Positions 18,620 through 28,986 of a DNA stretch of 64,000 bases are shown in pieces. Each line of letters starts with the position of its first letter. The first letter of the stretch is position 1. A program made the translations under genes and the position numbers. Origin of the DNA: an uncultured delta proteobacterium (GTDB lineage: Bacteria; Myxococcota; Myxococcia; Myxococcales; Myxococcaceae); NCBI GenBank assembly GCA_963796055.1, contig CAWCKH010000004.1, positions 576,001 through 640,000 on the forward strand, given 5' to 3'. The notes beneath the pieces were generated by a model. The model had not been told where the DNA came from. It ran no database searches and saw only the letters and a program-made list of their open reading frames with translations.

Positions 18620-20080
18620 TTGCTCGAGGAGTTCTTCGCCAGGTTTCGCGAGAACATCGTCGGGGTGAACTATCGGCTCGAAGGGCCGTACGGCACCCGT
18701 GCGCTCCTCTACGCCGACTGGACCGCGAGCGGCAGACTGTACGCGCCGATCGAGCGACGGATGGTCGAGGAGTTCGGCCCGCTGGTGGGGAACACCCACT
18801 CGGAATCGAGCACCACCGGGATGGCGATGACCCGCGCGTACCAGCGCGCCCAGGGGCTGATCAAGGCGCACGTCCATGCCGGTCCCGACGACGTGATCAT
18901 CACCCAGGGCTCGGGAATGACCGCGGTGGTCAACAAGCTCCAGCGAATGCTCGGTCTGCGTCTGCCGGAGCAGCTCGCGCCCTTCTGTCAGCTCCCGGAG
19001 AACCTCCGGCCACTGGTCGTCCTCAGCCACATGGAGCATCACTCCAACCAGACCTCCTGGCTGGAGACGGTGGCCACGGTGGAGGTGGTCCCACCCGACG
19101 AGCGCGGACTGGTCGACCTCGCCGCGCTGGAGGAGCTGCTGGAGCGCTACCGTGACCGGCCGCTGAAGATCGGCGCGTTCACCGCCTGCTCCAACGTCAC
19201 CGGGGTGCGCCCGCCCGTCCACGCGCTCGCCCGGGCGATGCACCGGCACGGCGGCTACTGCTTCGTGGACTACGCCGCGTCGGCTCCCTACGTGGACATC
19301 GACATGCACCCGGCAGACCCGCTGGAGAAGCTCGATGCGGTCTACTTCTCGCCGCACAAGTTCCTCGGCGGTCCGGGTTCGCCCGGGGTGCTGGTCTTCG
19401 ATTCGCGGCTGTACCACAACCGCGTTCCGGACCAGCCGGGCGGTGGGACCGTCAACTGGACCAATCCCTGGAAGCAGCACAGCTTCGTGGACGGCATCGA
19501 GGCCCGCGAGGACGGAGGGACCCCGGGCTTCCTCCAGACGATCAAGGCGGCGCTCGCGGTCCAGCTGAAGGAGGCGATGGGCACCTCGCGCATCCAGGAG
19601 CGGGAGCACGAGCTGCTGGGGGTGTTCCTCTCCGAGCTGCGGACCATCCCCAGATTGCACATCCTCGCCGACCATCTGGAGGCCCGTCTGGCGATCGTGT
19701 CCTTCTACGTGGAGGACATTCACTACAACCTGCTGGTGCGGCTGCTGAACGACCGCTTCGGCATCCAGGTGCGCGGCGGCTGCTCCTGCGCCGGGACCTA
19801 CGGGCACTACCTGCTCCACGTGGACCCGAACCGCTCGCACAGCATCACCGACAAGATCGACCAGGGCGACCTGTCGGAGAAGCCGGGCTGGGTCCGGGTG
19901 TCGCTGCACCCCACCACCACCCGCGCGGAGGTCGACTCCCTGGTCGAGGCGGTGCGTGCCTGCGTGCAGCATGCGGAGGCCTGGGGCGCGGACTACCGCT
20001 ACTCGTCGAAGACCAACGAGTTCACCCACCTGCGCGGCGACAGCGCGGTTCCGGAGATCGAGCCGCTGTTCCGGATCTAG
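18620..20080 (+). CDS. Class V PLP-dependent aminotransferase (cysteine desulfurase / selenocysteine lyase-like)
   Basis: TTG start after gaggag; YADWTASGR, EHHSN, SNVTG, DYAA, SPHKF, RGGCSCAG. Confidence 0.9.
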   Translation: MLEEFFARFRENIVGVNYRLEGPYGTRALLYADWTASGRLYAPIERRMVEEFGPLVGNTHSESSTTGMAMTRAYQRAQGLIKAHVHAGPDDVIITQGSGMTAVVNKLQRMLGLRLPEQLAPFCQLPENLRPLVVLSHMEHHSNQTSWLETVATVEVVPPDERGLVDLAALEELLERYRDRPLKIGAFTACSNVTGVRPPVHALARAMHRHGGYCFVDYAASAPYVDIDMHPADPLEKLDAVYFSPHKFLGGPGSPGVLVFDSRLYHNRVPDQPGGGTVNWTNPWKQHSFVDGIEAREDGGTPGFLQTIKAALAVQLKEAMGTSRIQEREHELLGVFLSELRTIPRLHILADHLEARLAIVSFYVEDIHYNLLVRLLNDRFGIQVRGGCSCAGTYGHYLLHVDPNRSHSITDKIDQGDLSEKPGWVRVSLHPTTTRAEVDSLVEAVRACVQHAEAWGADYRYSSKTNEFTHLRGDSAVPEIEPLFRI

Positions 20081-20614
20081 GTGCCGGCCCGGGTGCTGAT
20101 GCTCCCCGGCTTCGGGGGCGGTGCGGATCAGCCCATCCTCCGCGCGTTGGAAGCCGCGCTCCGTTCCCGTGGGCTGTCGTCGATCCGGGCGTCGCTGGCA
20201 CGCGGCCGGCCTTCACCAGGCCTGGCGCACGAGGTCGAGCAGGCGCGGGGGCTCGTGTCGGGCGAGCCGGAGATCGCCGCCTACGTCGGGCGCTCGTTCG
20301 GAGGTCGGGTGCTGGCCCGGCTGGCGCTGCAGCTTCAGCCACGGGCCCTGGTGCTCCTCGGGTTTCCGGTCCGCTCCCAGAGCGGGCAGCGGCGGCTCGA
20401 GGACGAGCGGGTACTCGCGGAATTGCCCTGTCCGACCCTCCTCGTCCAGGGGGCGGACGACCCGCTCGGTCCGCTCCGGACGCTCAAGCGCCTCGCGGCG
20501 CGCAACGCCCGGCTGCAGCTCAAGGTGATCGATGGCGCCACCCACGCATTCGGCCGGCGTGAGCGGCAGGCGGTGGAGTCGGCGACGGAGTGGCTCGCCC
20601 TGCGCCTGCTCTGA
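20081..20614 (+). CDS. Small alpha/beta hydrolase (KANSL3/TEX30-like)
   Basis: GRSFGG nucleophile elbow, QGADD, ATHAF. Confidence 0.75.
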   Translation: MPARVLMLPGFGGGADQPILRALEAALRSRGLSSIRASLARGRPSPGLAHEVEQARGLVSGEPEIAAYVGRSFGGRVLARLALQLQPRALVLLGFPVRSQSGQRRLEDERVLAELPCPTLLVQGADDPLGPLRTLKRLAARNARLQLKVIDGATHAFGRRERQAVESATEWLALRLL

Positions 20615-20632
20615 CCCCGGCGGAGGACGTTC

Positions 20633-21058
20633 TCAGTCGTCCTTCTTGCCGTGCCCGTGCCCGTGCCCGTGCTCGTCGCGCTCGTGCCCGTGCCCGTCAC
20701 GCTCGCGCACCTCGTCGCGCTGCGCCTGCCGGCTCGGGACGTAGACCTCCTGATACCAGCGCTCGTTGACGAAGAAGACGCGCTCGCCGCACGCGTTGTA
20801 CTCCCGGCAGTGCTTCCGCCAGTGCTTGGCGTGGCCAGGCGGAACCCGCAGATAGATTGGCGGGCGCTCCGCCGGGACCGCGGCCGGCTCGACCACCATC
20901 GGCGACCGGTACACCACCGGAGGAGGCTTCGGGAGCGTCCCGACCTCGATCCGTCCATAGAAGCCCGAGTCGCCAATCGAGACCGACGCTCCGACATCGG
21001 TCGCGCGGGCGGAGGCGCTGGACAGCACTGCAGCGGTGATCAAGAGACGAACGTTCAT
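20633..21058 (-). CDS. Secreted hypothetical protein with a His/Gly-rich tail
   Basis: Signal peptide, YLRVPPGHAKHWRKHCREYNACG, C-terminal GHGHGHGK. Confidence 0.75.
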   Translation of the reverse strand: MNVRLLITAAVLSSASARATDVGASVSIGDSGFYGRIEVGTLPKPPPVVYRSPMVVEPAAVPAERPPIYLRVPPGHAKHWRKHCREYNACGERVFFVNERWYQEVYVPSRQAQRDEVRERDGHGHERDEHGHGHGHGKKDD

Positions 21059-21216
21059 CCTCGGGTGACCTCCGGAGAGGCCTGGAGGTTAGCAGTCGAG
21101 AAATCCGGGGAGGGCCGGCGCGCTGGGCTCACATCGGCTGCAGGGTGCGGGAAGCGAGCACCCGAGCCGCGCACCTCACACCACCGCACCACCGACCGTC
21201 GGAGCCCGGGCTCGCT

Positions 21217-22644
21217 TCAGCGTTCCTCCTCGAAGAGCGCTTCCACCGTGCCCTTCTCGACGGCGCGCGCGAATGCGGCGTGGTCGCTCTCGTTCTGGTC
21301 GGCGTAGGCCAGGGCGAACTTCACGATGGCCTGGTCGAAGGCATCGCTCTTCCCCATGTAGCCGCTCAGGACCGCGGCGGGGCCGGAGCGTGCGTGCGCG
21401 AGAGCGAGCGCCCGTCCGGTCCACTCGGCGAAGATCTCCATCTCGTCGCGTCCCCAGATCTCCACCAACGGGCTGATCTTCATGTCCCGGAGCTGGCGCA
21501 GGAAGTAGTGCCGCCTGGGACCCTGTGTCCATCCGAGGAACATGTCGCTGGCCGGCTGCATCAGCCGATAGCCGTCGACGACTCGTTGACCGTGGTTGGG
21601 GAAGACACTGGCCCCGGCGAACTGCTCCAGGACCGAGGCCCTCGCCTCCTTGATCTGCAGGAAGAGCGGGTCCCCCTCGCCCGCGGTGAACAGCGCGACC
21701 CAGCACGCGGTCCCCACGCTGCCGATCCCCACGACCTTGATCGCGATGTCCCGCAGGTCATAACGACCGAGGAGGGCTCCGTACGCAGATGGGAGCGAGT
21801 CACGGTACGTGTCGAGGGCCTGTCGCAGGACGCGCTGGATCTCACCGGGCGGGTAGCCCTCGGCGTGGAAGATGGTGGGGAGCTGATCCTTGATGACCGG
21901 CTTCTCACCCTTGTGCTCCACGAGCTTGGGGAACAGCTCCTCGGCGGTGCTCTTCCCGCGCTCCCTCTCGATGCGCTTGAGCGCCCGGTCGCGGACGTCC
22001 GGATCCGGGATGCGCGCCACAAGATCCTCCAGGGGCAGCGACTGGTACCAGACCTCCAGCGTGTTCAGCTCGCTGAACTCCGCCATGGACTCCCGGTAGG
22101 TCCGGACGCACTCGAGCACCACGTCCCTGGCGCTGGCGTCGCTCAGCCGGTTGTCCCGGCAGGCGACGACGAAGCTCGCGGCGAGTCGCTTCACGTCCCA
22201 CTCCCAGGGGGCCGGAAGCGTCTCGTCGAGGTCGTTGATGGAGAAGATGACCCGTCGCTCCGGCGTGGCGAATCCACCGAAGTTGCAGAGGTGGGCGTCT
22301 CCACAGCACTGGACATGGACCCCGGTGGCCGGCGTGGAGGCCAGGTCGGACGCCATGGTGAGCGCCGCCCCGCGGTAGAAGGTGAACGCCGAACGGACCA
22401 TCCGCCCGTGGCGGAGCGGCAGCAACTCGGCAATCCGTCCCTTCTCCGCCCGGAGGATCAGCTCGACCGGGCCCAGTCGATTGGAGGCCGGGCTCCAGGC
22501 GCCATGCGAGCTGCGGGGGCAGGTCTCCCGGAGCGCCTTGCCGGCGGCGTAGCGCTCCTCGCGCGTCCATCGATGGGCGGTGTCATCGAGAATGGCCTGA
22601 CGCCGCTCTGCTGGCGCGGGTTTCACGACTCTGAGCGTGGTCAC
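21217..22644 (-). CDS. DUF2252-family kinase-like protein
   Basis: GTG after aaggag; FTFYRGAA, CGDAHLCNFG, NDLDE, WEWDVKRL, KVVGIGSVG, ALAHARSG. Confidence 0.88.
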   Translation of the reverse strand: MTTLRVVKPAPAERRQAILDDTAHRWTREERYAAGKALRETCPRSSHGAWSPASNRLGPVELILRAEKGRIAELLPLRHGRMVRSAFTFYRGAALTMASDLASTPATGVHVQCCGDAHLCNFGGFATPERRVIFSINDLDETLPAPWEWDVKRLAASFVVACRDNRLSDASARDVVLECVRTYRESMAEFSELNTLEVWYQSLPLEDLVARIPDPDVRDRALKRIERERGKSTAEELFPKLVEHKGEKPVIKDQLPTIFHAEGYPPGEIQRVLRQALDTYRDSLPSAYGALLGRYDLRDIAIKVVGIGSVGTACWVALFTAGEGDPLFLQIKEARASVLEQFAGASVFPNHGQRVVDGYRLMQPASDMFLGWTQGPRRHYFLRQLRDMKISPLVEIWGRDEMEIFAEWTGRALALAHARSGPAAVLSGYMGKSDAFDQAIVKFALAYADQNESDHAAFARAVEKGTVEALFEEER

Positions 22645-23031
22645 CGGAGTCTCCTTGGCGGTCCCGCTCTGACCTGCACCCCGCGTGCCGCGAGTCGTAG
22701 CGGCCCCTCGCTCGCGCCCTGGTCGCTGGCGCAGCTGTCGCCGGTGGCGGGGCGGGCCGTCGTCCGAGGCGGCCCGCAGGCGGAGGCCGGGATCCGTTGC
22801 GATCGAAAGGCTTGGGCCGTCAGCTCCCCCGACCTCCGCAGCACGGCGCGCCAACTGGACCCCGGCGCGCAGGTTCTGCGCGGCCGACAGAGCGCCGTCC
22901 GCTCTCGCCAGACGCCGGTGTGGATGCTCACGGCGACCGCGGCGACTTCGTGGACTACCGCGGCGAGACCGGTGCGCTCCCCGGCTTCGAGCGGCCCGAG
23001 GGCGAACGCACAATCGTGGTCCCGGGGCACC

Positions 23032-24492
23032 TCACTTCACGGCGGCGGTGAAGACCTCCTCCATCGCCATGCCCGTCCGGCAGCCAGGTGAAAGGTCGGA
23101 GTTGGCGCGGGAGTCTGTCCAGATGGGGTGGGCCACGCCCCCATGCGAGGCCACGCCCTCGTAGTCCCCTTGCTGGTTGCCATAGTTGATGGCCGGGCAC
23201 GGGAAGAGGCCGTTGCAGTCGTGCTCGTTGGATGACTCGGTCGACACCCGGACGTCGGGAGCGAAGGTGGCTCCACCGTCCTTCGAGCGCGCGAGGTAGA
23301 CGTCGGTCTCGTAGCGCTGGCCGGTGGTGTCGTTGCGGGTGTCGTAGAAGGAGACGACGACGTCACCGGTCACGGGGTCGACCGCGAGCCAGTGGTTGAA
23401 GCGGTCCACCGGGAACGACAGCCGGTCCCCCACGGGGCGCGCCGGGGACCAGTCGGAGCCACCGTCGTCCGAGGTGGAGAGGAAGATGTCGGTTCCCTGC
23501 GCGCCGGCGTCCATCCACGCGCAGTAGAGCCGGCCCCGGTGCGCACCGGTCGAGCGGTCGGCGTCACAGGCCGGATACACCAGCGCGTGCCGGATGAACT
23601 CGGCGGGGATGGCGGCCTCGAACGGGATGGTCTTGGGGGAGATGACCACCTGGGAGGTGAAGCTCACTCCGCCGTCGAAGGACCGGCTGAAGGCGATGGT
23701 GTTCGCGGAGTAGTCGTTCCACGCGACGTAGAGTTCCCCGCTGGGACCGGTGAAGGGCACGGCGCCAATGGCCCGACCCGGCCCATGCGGTTCGTCGGCG
23801 CGCACGATGCCGAAGCTGCCGCCGTGGTCCTTCGAGGTGGCGACCAGCACGCCACCACCGGTGGCCGACCCGCCGCTCGCCGCGTCCCAGGCAATGTAGA
23901 CCCGGTCCCGATACGGCGAGCCGAGGGTCCGGTCGGTGGTGATCATCGGCTTGTCGTTGAAGTGGTTCGCCCCGCCGGAGAAGCTGAAGTAGGTCGGCGT
24001 CCAGCTCTTCCCGTTGTCGGTCGAGCGAGACACGGCCATCTCCGTCCCGTTGACCCCGTTTCCGTTGCCGAAGAAGACCACGATGTACCCGTAGAAGAGC
24101 GTCCCGTTGGTGTCGTAGGCCAGCGACGGGTCGGACCCGAACCTCGCCCCGTTGGCTCCCTGCGCTGGGGGGAGCGGCAGGTCCGAGCCGGTCCAGGTCT
24201 TCCCGCCGTCGCTCGATCCGTAGCCGCGCATCGGATCCCGGAAGATCTCGTTCGAGCCGCCGGCGATCCTCTTGCCGTCGAACATCGTGATGAACGTCTC
24301 GCTCTGCGGACCGCACTCGTTCGAGACGTTCACGTTCGAGCCCACTGCAACCGAGGACGTGGTGCCGGCCGCCGGGTCCGCGCCGCTCTGGATGAACTGG
24401 TACTTCTCCCACCAGGTGGGGTCACCTGAGCTCCCTCCCAGAGCAGGGGCAGCGAGGACGACTCCGAGCAGGAAGACGACGCGAGCGTGCAT
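23032..24492 (-). CDS. Secreted BNR/Asp-box repeat (sialidase-like) protein
   Basis: Signal peptide; repeats SSDGGKTW, STDNGKSW, SKDHGGSF, SFDGGVSF, SDDGGSDW, SKDGGATF; GDY near the C-terminus. Confidence 0.85.
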   Translation of the reverse strand: MHARVVFLLGVVLAAPALGGSSGDPTWWEKYQFIQSGADPAAGTTSSVAVGSNVNVSNECGPQSETFITMFDGKRIAGGSNEIFRDPMRGYGSSDGGKTWTGSDLPLPPAQGANGARFGSDPSLAYDTNGTLFYGYIVVFFGNGNGVNGTEMAVSRSTDNGKSWTPTYFSFSGGANHFNDKPMITTDRTLGSPYRDRVYIAWDAASGGSATGGGVLVATSKDHGGSFGIVRADEPHGPGRAIGAVPFTGPSGELYVAWNDYSANTIAFSRSFDGGVSFTSQVVISPKTIPFEAAIPAEFIRHALVYPACDADRSTGAHRGRLYCAWMDAGAQGTDIFLSTSDDGGSDWSPARPVGDRLSFPVDRFNHWLAVDPVTGDVVVSFYDTRNDTTGQRYETDVYLARSKDGGATFAPDVRVSTESSNEHDCNGLFPCPAINYGNQQGDYEGVASHGGVAHPIWTDSRANSDLSPGCRTGMAMEEVFTAAVK

Positions 24493-24613
24493 GGTGACCC
24501 CTCCGGCGAGCGACGGAGCATGCATCTCGGCGGCTGGAAGACAACCCGAAAGTCGAGGTGGATCCGCAAGTCGAACGCCCGGCAGCCTGGGTGCTCCCTG
24601 CGACTGCGATGCG

Positions 24614-26356
24614 TCAGGCCTGCGAGACCGGCGCGTCGGCAGCAGGCGCGGCGTCACGCTTCATCCGGTACATCGCCCGGTCGGCGAACTGGAGGAGCTC
24701 GGACGCCGAGCCCCCATCCTCGGGCCAGAGGGCCACCCCGATGCTCACCCCCACCTGCGGCTTGGAGGGAAGCGCCGGCATCGGCTCGACAATGGCGCGC
24801 ACCAGCTTGGCCGCAACCTCGTCGGCGATCGCCCGGGTCTTGACGCCCTCGAGCACCACCGCGAACTCGTCGCCGCCCACCCTCGCCACCAGATCGCTCG
24901 CCCGGACGTGCTCGCGCAGTCGCCGGGCCACCTCCTTCAGCGCCTGGTCCCCGGCGGCGTGACCCAGCCGGTCGTTGATCGCCTTGAACTGGTTCAGGTC
25001 GGCGAAGAGGATGCCGAAGGGCTGACCGCTGTGCCCGGCACGGGCGATGGCCTCGAGCACTGCCTGCTCCAGCCGGCTCCGGTTTGCCGCGCCGGTGAGC
25101 GGGTCGGACTCCGCCGCCCGCACCAGCCGTTCGGCCTCGTGCCTTTGCGCGGTCACGTCGCGGGCGACCGCGTGGAGCACGCGCGAGCCCGCCGCTGGCG
25201 GCGGGGTGCGCCACGCCAGCCAACGCCAGCTCCCGTCCTTGCACCGGTAGCGGTTCTCGAAGCCGGCGGTGGCGCGGCCCTCCTCCAGCTGCCGCAGCGC
25301 CTCCTCGGTGGCGGCCACGTCGTCGGGGTGGACCAGGTCCAGAAGGGGACGGCCGAGGAGCTCGTCGGGGGCCCAGCCGAGCGTGGATTCGAAGCTGCGG
25401 CTCACCTTGAGAAAGCCGCTGTCGAGGTCGGCCACGGCCAGGAGATCGAGCGCGAGCTCGAAGAACTCCTCCCGCTCCTGCTCCAGCCGGCGGCGCTCGG
25501 TGATGTCGTTGAGGCAGCCGATGAAGCCGCTCACCCGTCCCACGTCGTCGGAGAGGATGCGCGCGGTGGCCAGGACCCAGCGGACCTCCCCGTCGGGGCG
25601 GCGGAAGCGGAGCTCACCGGAGTAGGGCTCGCCGGTGCGCACCGACCGGGCCCACGCGGCGAGCACCGTCTCGCGGTCGTCCGGATGAAGCGCGGTCGCC
25701 CAGCCTTCTCCGAGCGCCGTCTGCGGCTCGAGTCCAGTGATCTCGGTCCAGGCCTCGTTGACGTACTGAACCTGGCCACCGGGCCCGGTCAGGAAGATGC
25801 CCACCGGGGCCTGGGTGCTGAGCCCCCGGAAGCGCGCCTCGCTGGCCCGGATCGCCGCCTCGTGCGTCCGCCGGGCGGTGATGTCCTGGAAGGAGCACAC
25901 CACGCCCTGCAGCGGCCCGGAGTGTCCGTCCCGGAGGGGCTGGGTATTGATGCTGATCCACCGCGTTCCCCCGCTCGGCAGACGCACCCCCATCAGAACG
26001 CCGAGCAGCGGCTCGCCGGTTCGCAGGGTCACCATCGCCGGATGGTGCTCTCCCGGGAATGGCGAGCCGTCGGCGTGCACCGCCGCCCAGCTCGGATCCA
26101 GCGAGCTGCGACCGGTGAGCTGCTCCGCGGTGAGCCCCAGGATGCGCAGGGCGCTGGCGTTGAAGGCGACGGTCTTCCCGGTGACGTCCTGCACCACGAT
26201 GCCTTCCACCAGCGAGGCCAGCACCGATTCGTAGAGCACCACCTGGCCACGCAGGGCCTGCTCCACCGCCTCGACGTCGGCGAGGCTGGTGCGCAGCCGC
26301 TTCAGCGCGTCCGCCGCGACCGCCTTGTTCGAGGCGCCGTTCCCCGCGTCCAGCAT
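24614..26356 (-). CDS. Diguanylate cyclase with three PAS/PAC domains
   Basis: DPLTG, DLNQFKAINDRLGHAAGD, I-site RASD, intact GGDEF; HPDD PAS motifs. Confidence 0.92.
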   Translation of the reverse strand: MLDAGNGASNKAVAADALKRLRTSLADVEAVEQALRGQVVLYESVLASLVEGIVVQDVTGKTVAFNASALRILGLTAEQLTGRSSLDPSWAAVHADGSPFPGEHHPAMVTLRTGEPLLGVLMGVRLPSGGTRWISINTQPLRDGHSGPLQGVVCSFQDITARRTHEAAIRASEARFRGLSTQAPVGIFLTGPGGQVQYVNEAWTEITGLEPQTALGEGWATALHPDDRETVLAAWARSVRTGEPYSGELRFRRPDGEVRWVLATARILSDDVGRVSGFIGCLNDITERRRLEQEREEFFELALDLLAVADLDSGFLKVSRSFESTLGWAPDELLGRPLLDLVHPDDVAATEEALRQLEEGRATAGFENRYRCKDGSWRWLAWRTPPPAAGSRVLHAVARDVTAQRHEAERLVRAAESDPLTGAANRSRLEQAVLEAIARAGHSGQPFGILFADLNQFKAINDRLGHAAGDQALKEVARRLREHVRASDLVARVGGDEFAVVLEGVKTRAIADEVAAKLVRAIVEPMPALPSKPQVGVSIGVALWPEDGGSASELLQFADRAMYRMKRDAAPAADAPVSQA

Positions 26357-26482
26357 CGTGGACCGCGAGTCTTCCACAGCACCGCCTGAACTTTGCGCGC
26401 GCGCCTCTTCGACCACCCGCGCGCACGTCGCCGGCACGCGTACCTGGTCGCACCCGCGACTCGTCCGGGGAGCTACAGTCCC

Positions 26483-26689
26483 GACCATCGCTTCCCCGAG
26501 CACGCGGCGCGCGCCTGTCTCCGCGAGGCAAACATCGGGGTGGAGGCGCTGGACTGCGTCGCGTTCTACGACAAGCCGTTTCTCAAGTTCGACCGCATCC
26601 TCGAGACCCACCTGGCCATCGCTCCCCGCGGGCTCCCGGCGTTCGTCCAGGCCATCCCCGCCTGGCTGGGAGAGAAGCTCTGGCTCATC
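26483..26689 (+). pseudogene. Carbamoyltransferase (NodU/CmcH family) N-terminal fragment
   Basis: DHRFPEHAARACL...VAFYDKPFLKFDRILETHLAIAPRGLPAF...WLGEKL; only about 69 codons remain. Confidence 0.75.
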
Positions 26690-26693
26690 TCGG

Positions 26694-27009
26694 GCGCGCG
26701 ACCTGGACACCCTCCGCTTCCGCGCCGACGCCCGTCTGGTCCAGCTCACCGCCGAGGTGGCGCGGGCCGCCGGCGTGGAGCTGGTGGACGGCGCCGCCGC
26801 GCTCGCCGCGGCCATTCGAGTACCCGCCGTTCCCCGGGCAGATCGACCACGCCGTCCAGGTGCAGCAGCTGGAGCAGGTCCGGGACGCGGGGGCGAACGA
26901 GCCGTTCGAGCAGACCGAGGCCCGCTACCAGGAGGTGCTCCGCTTCCGCCCCGGCGACCCGCAGGCCCGGGCCACCCTGGCGGCGCTGCAGACGCGACGG
27001 CCCCGCTAG
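26694..27009 (+). pseudogene. Two fragments of a probable TPR/SGNH-like protein
   Basis: ARDLDTLRFRADARL...VELVD (26694-26815), then in another frame EYPPFPGQIDH...ARYQEVLRFRPGDPQARATL-stop (26818-27009). Confidence 0.45.
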
Positions 27010-27089
27010 GTCAGGGCGGCCGCAGTCAGCCATGCCCTACAGGCTCCTGGCGCCCCCAGTCCACCGGTTCCGCTACAGTCGCCCCGCCC

Positions 27090-27551
27090 GTGCCGCCTCC
27101 CCGCCCGACCCCCGACGAGCTCACCGCCCTGGCCGAGCTCTGGAACAGGAGCGAGGTGCTGCGCCACCACGGAATGCGGGTGGCGTTCCAGCCGGATCGA
27201 GTGGTGGTGGAGCTCCCGGAGGTCCGCCCGGAGCACCTCGGGGGGCTGGGGACCACGGCGGTCAACGGCATGGTGCTGGCCGGTCTCTTCGACCTCGCGG
27301 TGGGCAGCACGGTGGTCCTGGTGGACCCGCGCCGGCGGAGCGCGACGATGCAGCTGTCGATGAGCTTCGAGCGGGCGGTGTTCGGGCGCTCGGCCCGGTG
27401 CGAGGCGTGGATCGACCGCAAGGGCCAGCGGACGATCTTCGCCAGCGCACGCATCCTCGACGACCGGGGACAGGTCTGCGCGCGCTGCCAGGCCGTGGTG
27501 GCCGTGAGCCGCCAGGCGCAGGACGCGCCGCAGGGCGCACCGGGCGGCTGA
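27090..27551 (+). CDS. PaaI-family thioesterase
   Basis: HLGGLGTTAVNGMVLAGLFDLAVG, SATMQLSMSF; start codon uncertain. Confidence 0.75.
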   Translation: MPPPRPTPDELTALAELWNRSEVLRHHGMRVAFQPDRVVVELPEVRPEHLGGLGTTAVNGMVLAGLFDLAVGSTVVLVDPRRRSATMQLSMSFERAVFGRSARCEAWIDRKGQRTIFASARILDDRGQVCARCQAVVAVSRQAQDAPQGAPGG

Positions 27552-27709
27552 GCGGCACGGCCCGGAGCATGCCCCCGAATGTGAGGCATGCATCGCGCTG
27601 ATGGTCATCGTGACCCTGGGGGGCTGCCTGGAGCACAGGTACGGCCTCGGCCGGAGCAACAGTTGCTCGGACGGAGCAGAGGAGCTCGATGCGCGTTAGC
27701 CGACCGGCG

Positions 27710-28900
27710 ATGGACGACGCCCGAGACGAGCGGCGGCTCACCCTGGCGTTGTTCGCCGTGGCCTGGGGCGCCAACCAGTTCACCCCGCTGCTCCTGGTCT
27801 ACCGGCAGCAGTTCGGGTTCGGGCCCGCGGTCCTCGGCGCGCTCTGGGGCTGCTACGCGGTGGGGCTCGTCCCGGGGCTGCTGGCCGGCGGCGCCGCCTC
27901 GGACACCCGCGGCCGGCGACCGGTAGTCATCCCCTTCTTCTTCCTCTCGCTCCTCGCCACGGGCGTGTTGATCGCCGGGGCGGTGTGGAGCCCCGCCCTG
28001 GCGCTGGGCCGCCTGGTGGCAGGCGTGGTCTCGGGAGTGGTGTTCGGCGCGGGCTCGGCGTGGCTGGTCGAGCTGTCCGAGGCCCTGCACACCCGGCGCG
28101 CGGCGCTGGCGGTGACCGCCGGGTTCTGTCTGGGGCCACTGGCCGCGGGGCTCCTCGCCGACGCGCTCCCCTGGCCGGCGGTGGTGCCGTACTTGCCCCA
28201 TCTCCTCTTGATGGCCGCGGCACTGCCGGGAGTCCTGTCGGCGCGCGAGACGCTCCGTCCCGGGACCCAGGCCCGACGCGTGCCACCCTCGGCCGAGGTC
28301 CGCCGGCGCTTCCGGCACGCGGTCGCACCGGTCGCGCCCTTCGTGTTCGCCAGCGTGGCCGTGGCCTTCGTGGTGCTGCCCACGCGCTTCCCGCCGTTGC
28401 CGCACCCGGTGGCGCTGGTGGGCCTCATGACCGGGGTGACCCTGGGCATCGGCGCCGCCATCCAGTCGCTCGGCCGACGGCTGGAGGCGTCGCGACCGGG
28501 CCGCTCGGCCGTGGTGGGGCTGGCGGTCGCCACCCTGGGCTGGGCGGTGGCGGCGTGGACGGCCCGGAGCCCGACGCTGCCCGGCGTGCTGGTGTCGATG
28601 GGTCTCTTGGGAAGCGCCTATGGCCTCTGCCTCGTCGGTGGCCTCTCGGCGGCCGGCCTGCTGGCGGACGCCGGCACTCGCGGCACGCTGGTCGGCTGGT
28701 TCTACGCCTGGGCGTACCTGGGCTTCGGCGCGCCCTTCCTCATCGCCTGGCTCAGCCGCTTCATCGACATGCCGCGGGTCCTCCTCGGCGGCAGCGCGAT
28801 CGCGGCGGTGGCGGCGGTGACGGTCGCCCGCGAGCTGGCGCGCTGGACGGCGCCCTCCGCTGCGGGGGCGGCGCCCTCGGCCGCGCTCCGCCAACCCTGA
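27710..28900 (+). CDS. MFS transporter
   Basis: WGANQFTPLL, GAASDTRGRRPV (motif A); about 12 TM segments. Confidence 0.85.
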   Translation: MDDARDERRLTLALFAVAWGANQFTPLLLVYRQQFGFGPAVLGALWGCYAVGLVPGLLAGGAASDTRGRRPVVIPFFFLSLLATGVLIAGAVWSPALALGRLVAGVVSGVVFGAGSAWLVELSEALHTRRAALAVTAGFCLGPLAAGLLADALPWPAVVPYLPHLLLMAAALPGVLSARETLRPGTQARRVPPSAEVRRRFRHAVAPVAPFVFASVAVAFVVLPTRFPPLPHPVALVGLMTGVTLGIGAAIQSLGRRLEASRPGRSAVVGLAVATLGWAVAAWTARSPTLPGVLVSMGLLGSAYGLCLVGGLSAAGLLADAGTRGTLVGWFYAWAYLGFGAPFLIAWLSRFIDMPRVLLGGSAIAAVAAVTVARELARWTAPSAAGAAPSAALRQP

Positions 28901-28986
28901 GTCGGGGCCACCCCCACTCACCACGGCGCTGGCCCGACTGGTGAGAACGTGACTACCCTCGCCCCTTCGATGGAGGGGAGAGGCGA

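Noticed and set aside
17425..19155. 576-aa GNAT protein
   Set aside because: Artefact of the frameshift near 18064; the true C-terminus ends at 18370
20651..20696. gtgccc microsatellite as a phase-variation tract
   Set aside because: In-frame 6-bp units encoding the His-Gly tail; length changes would not shift the frame
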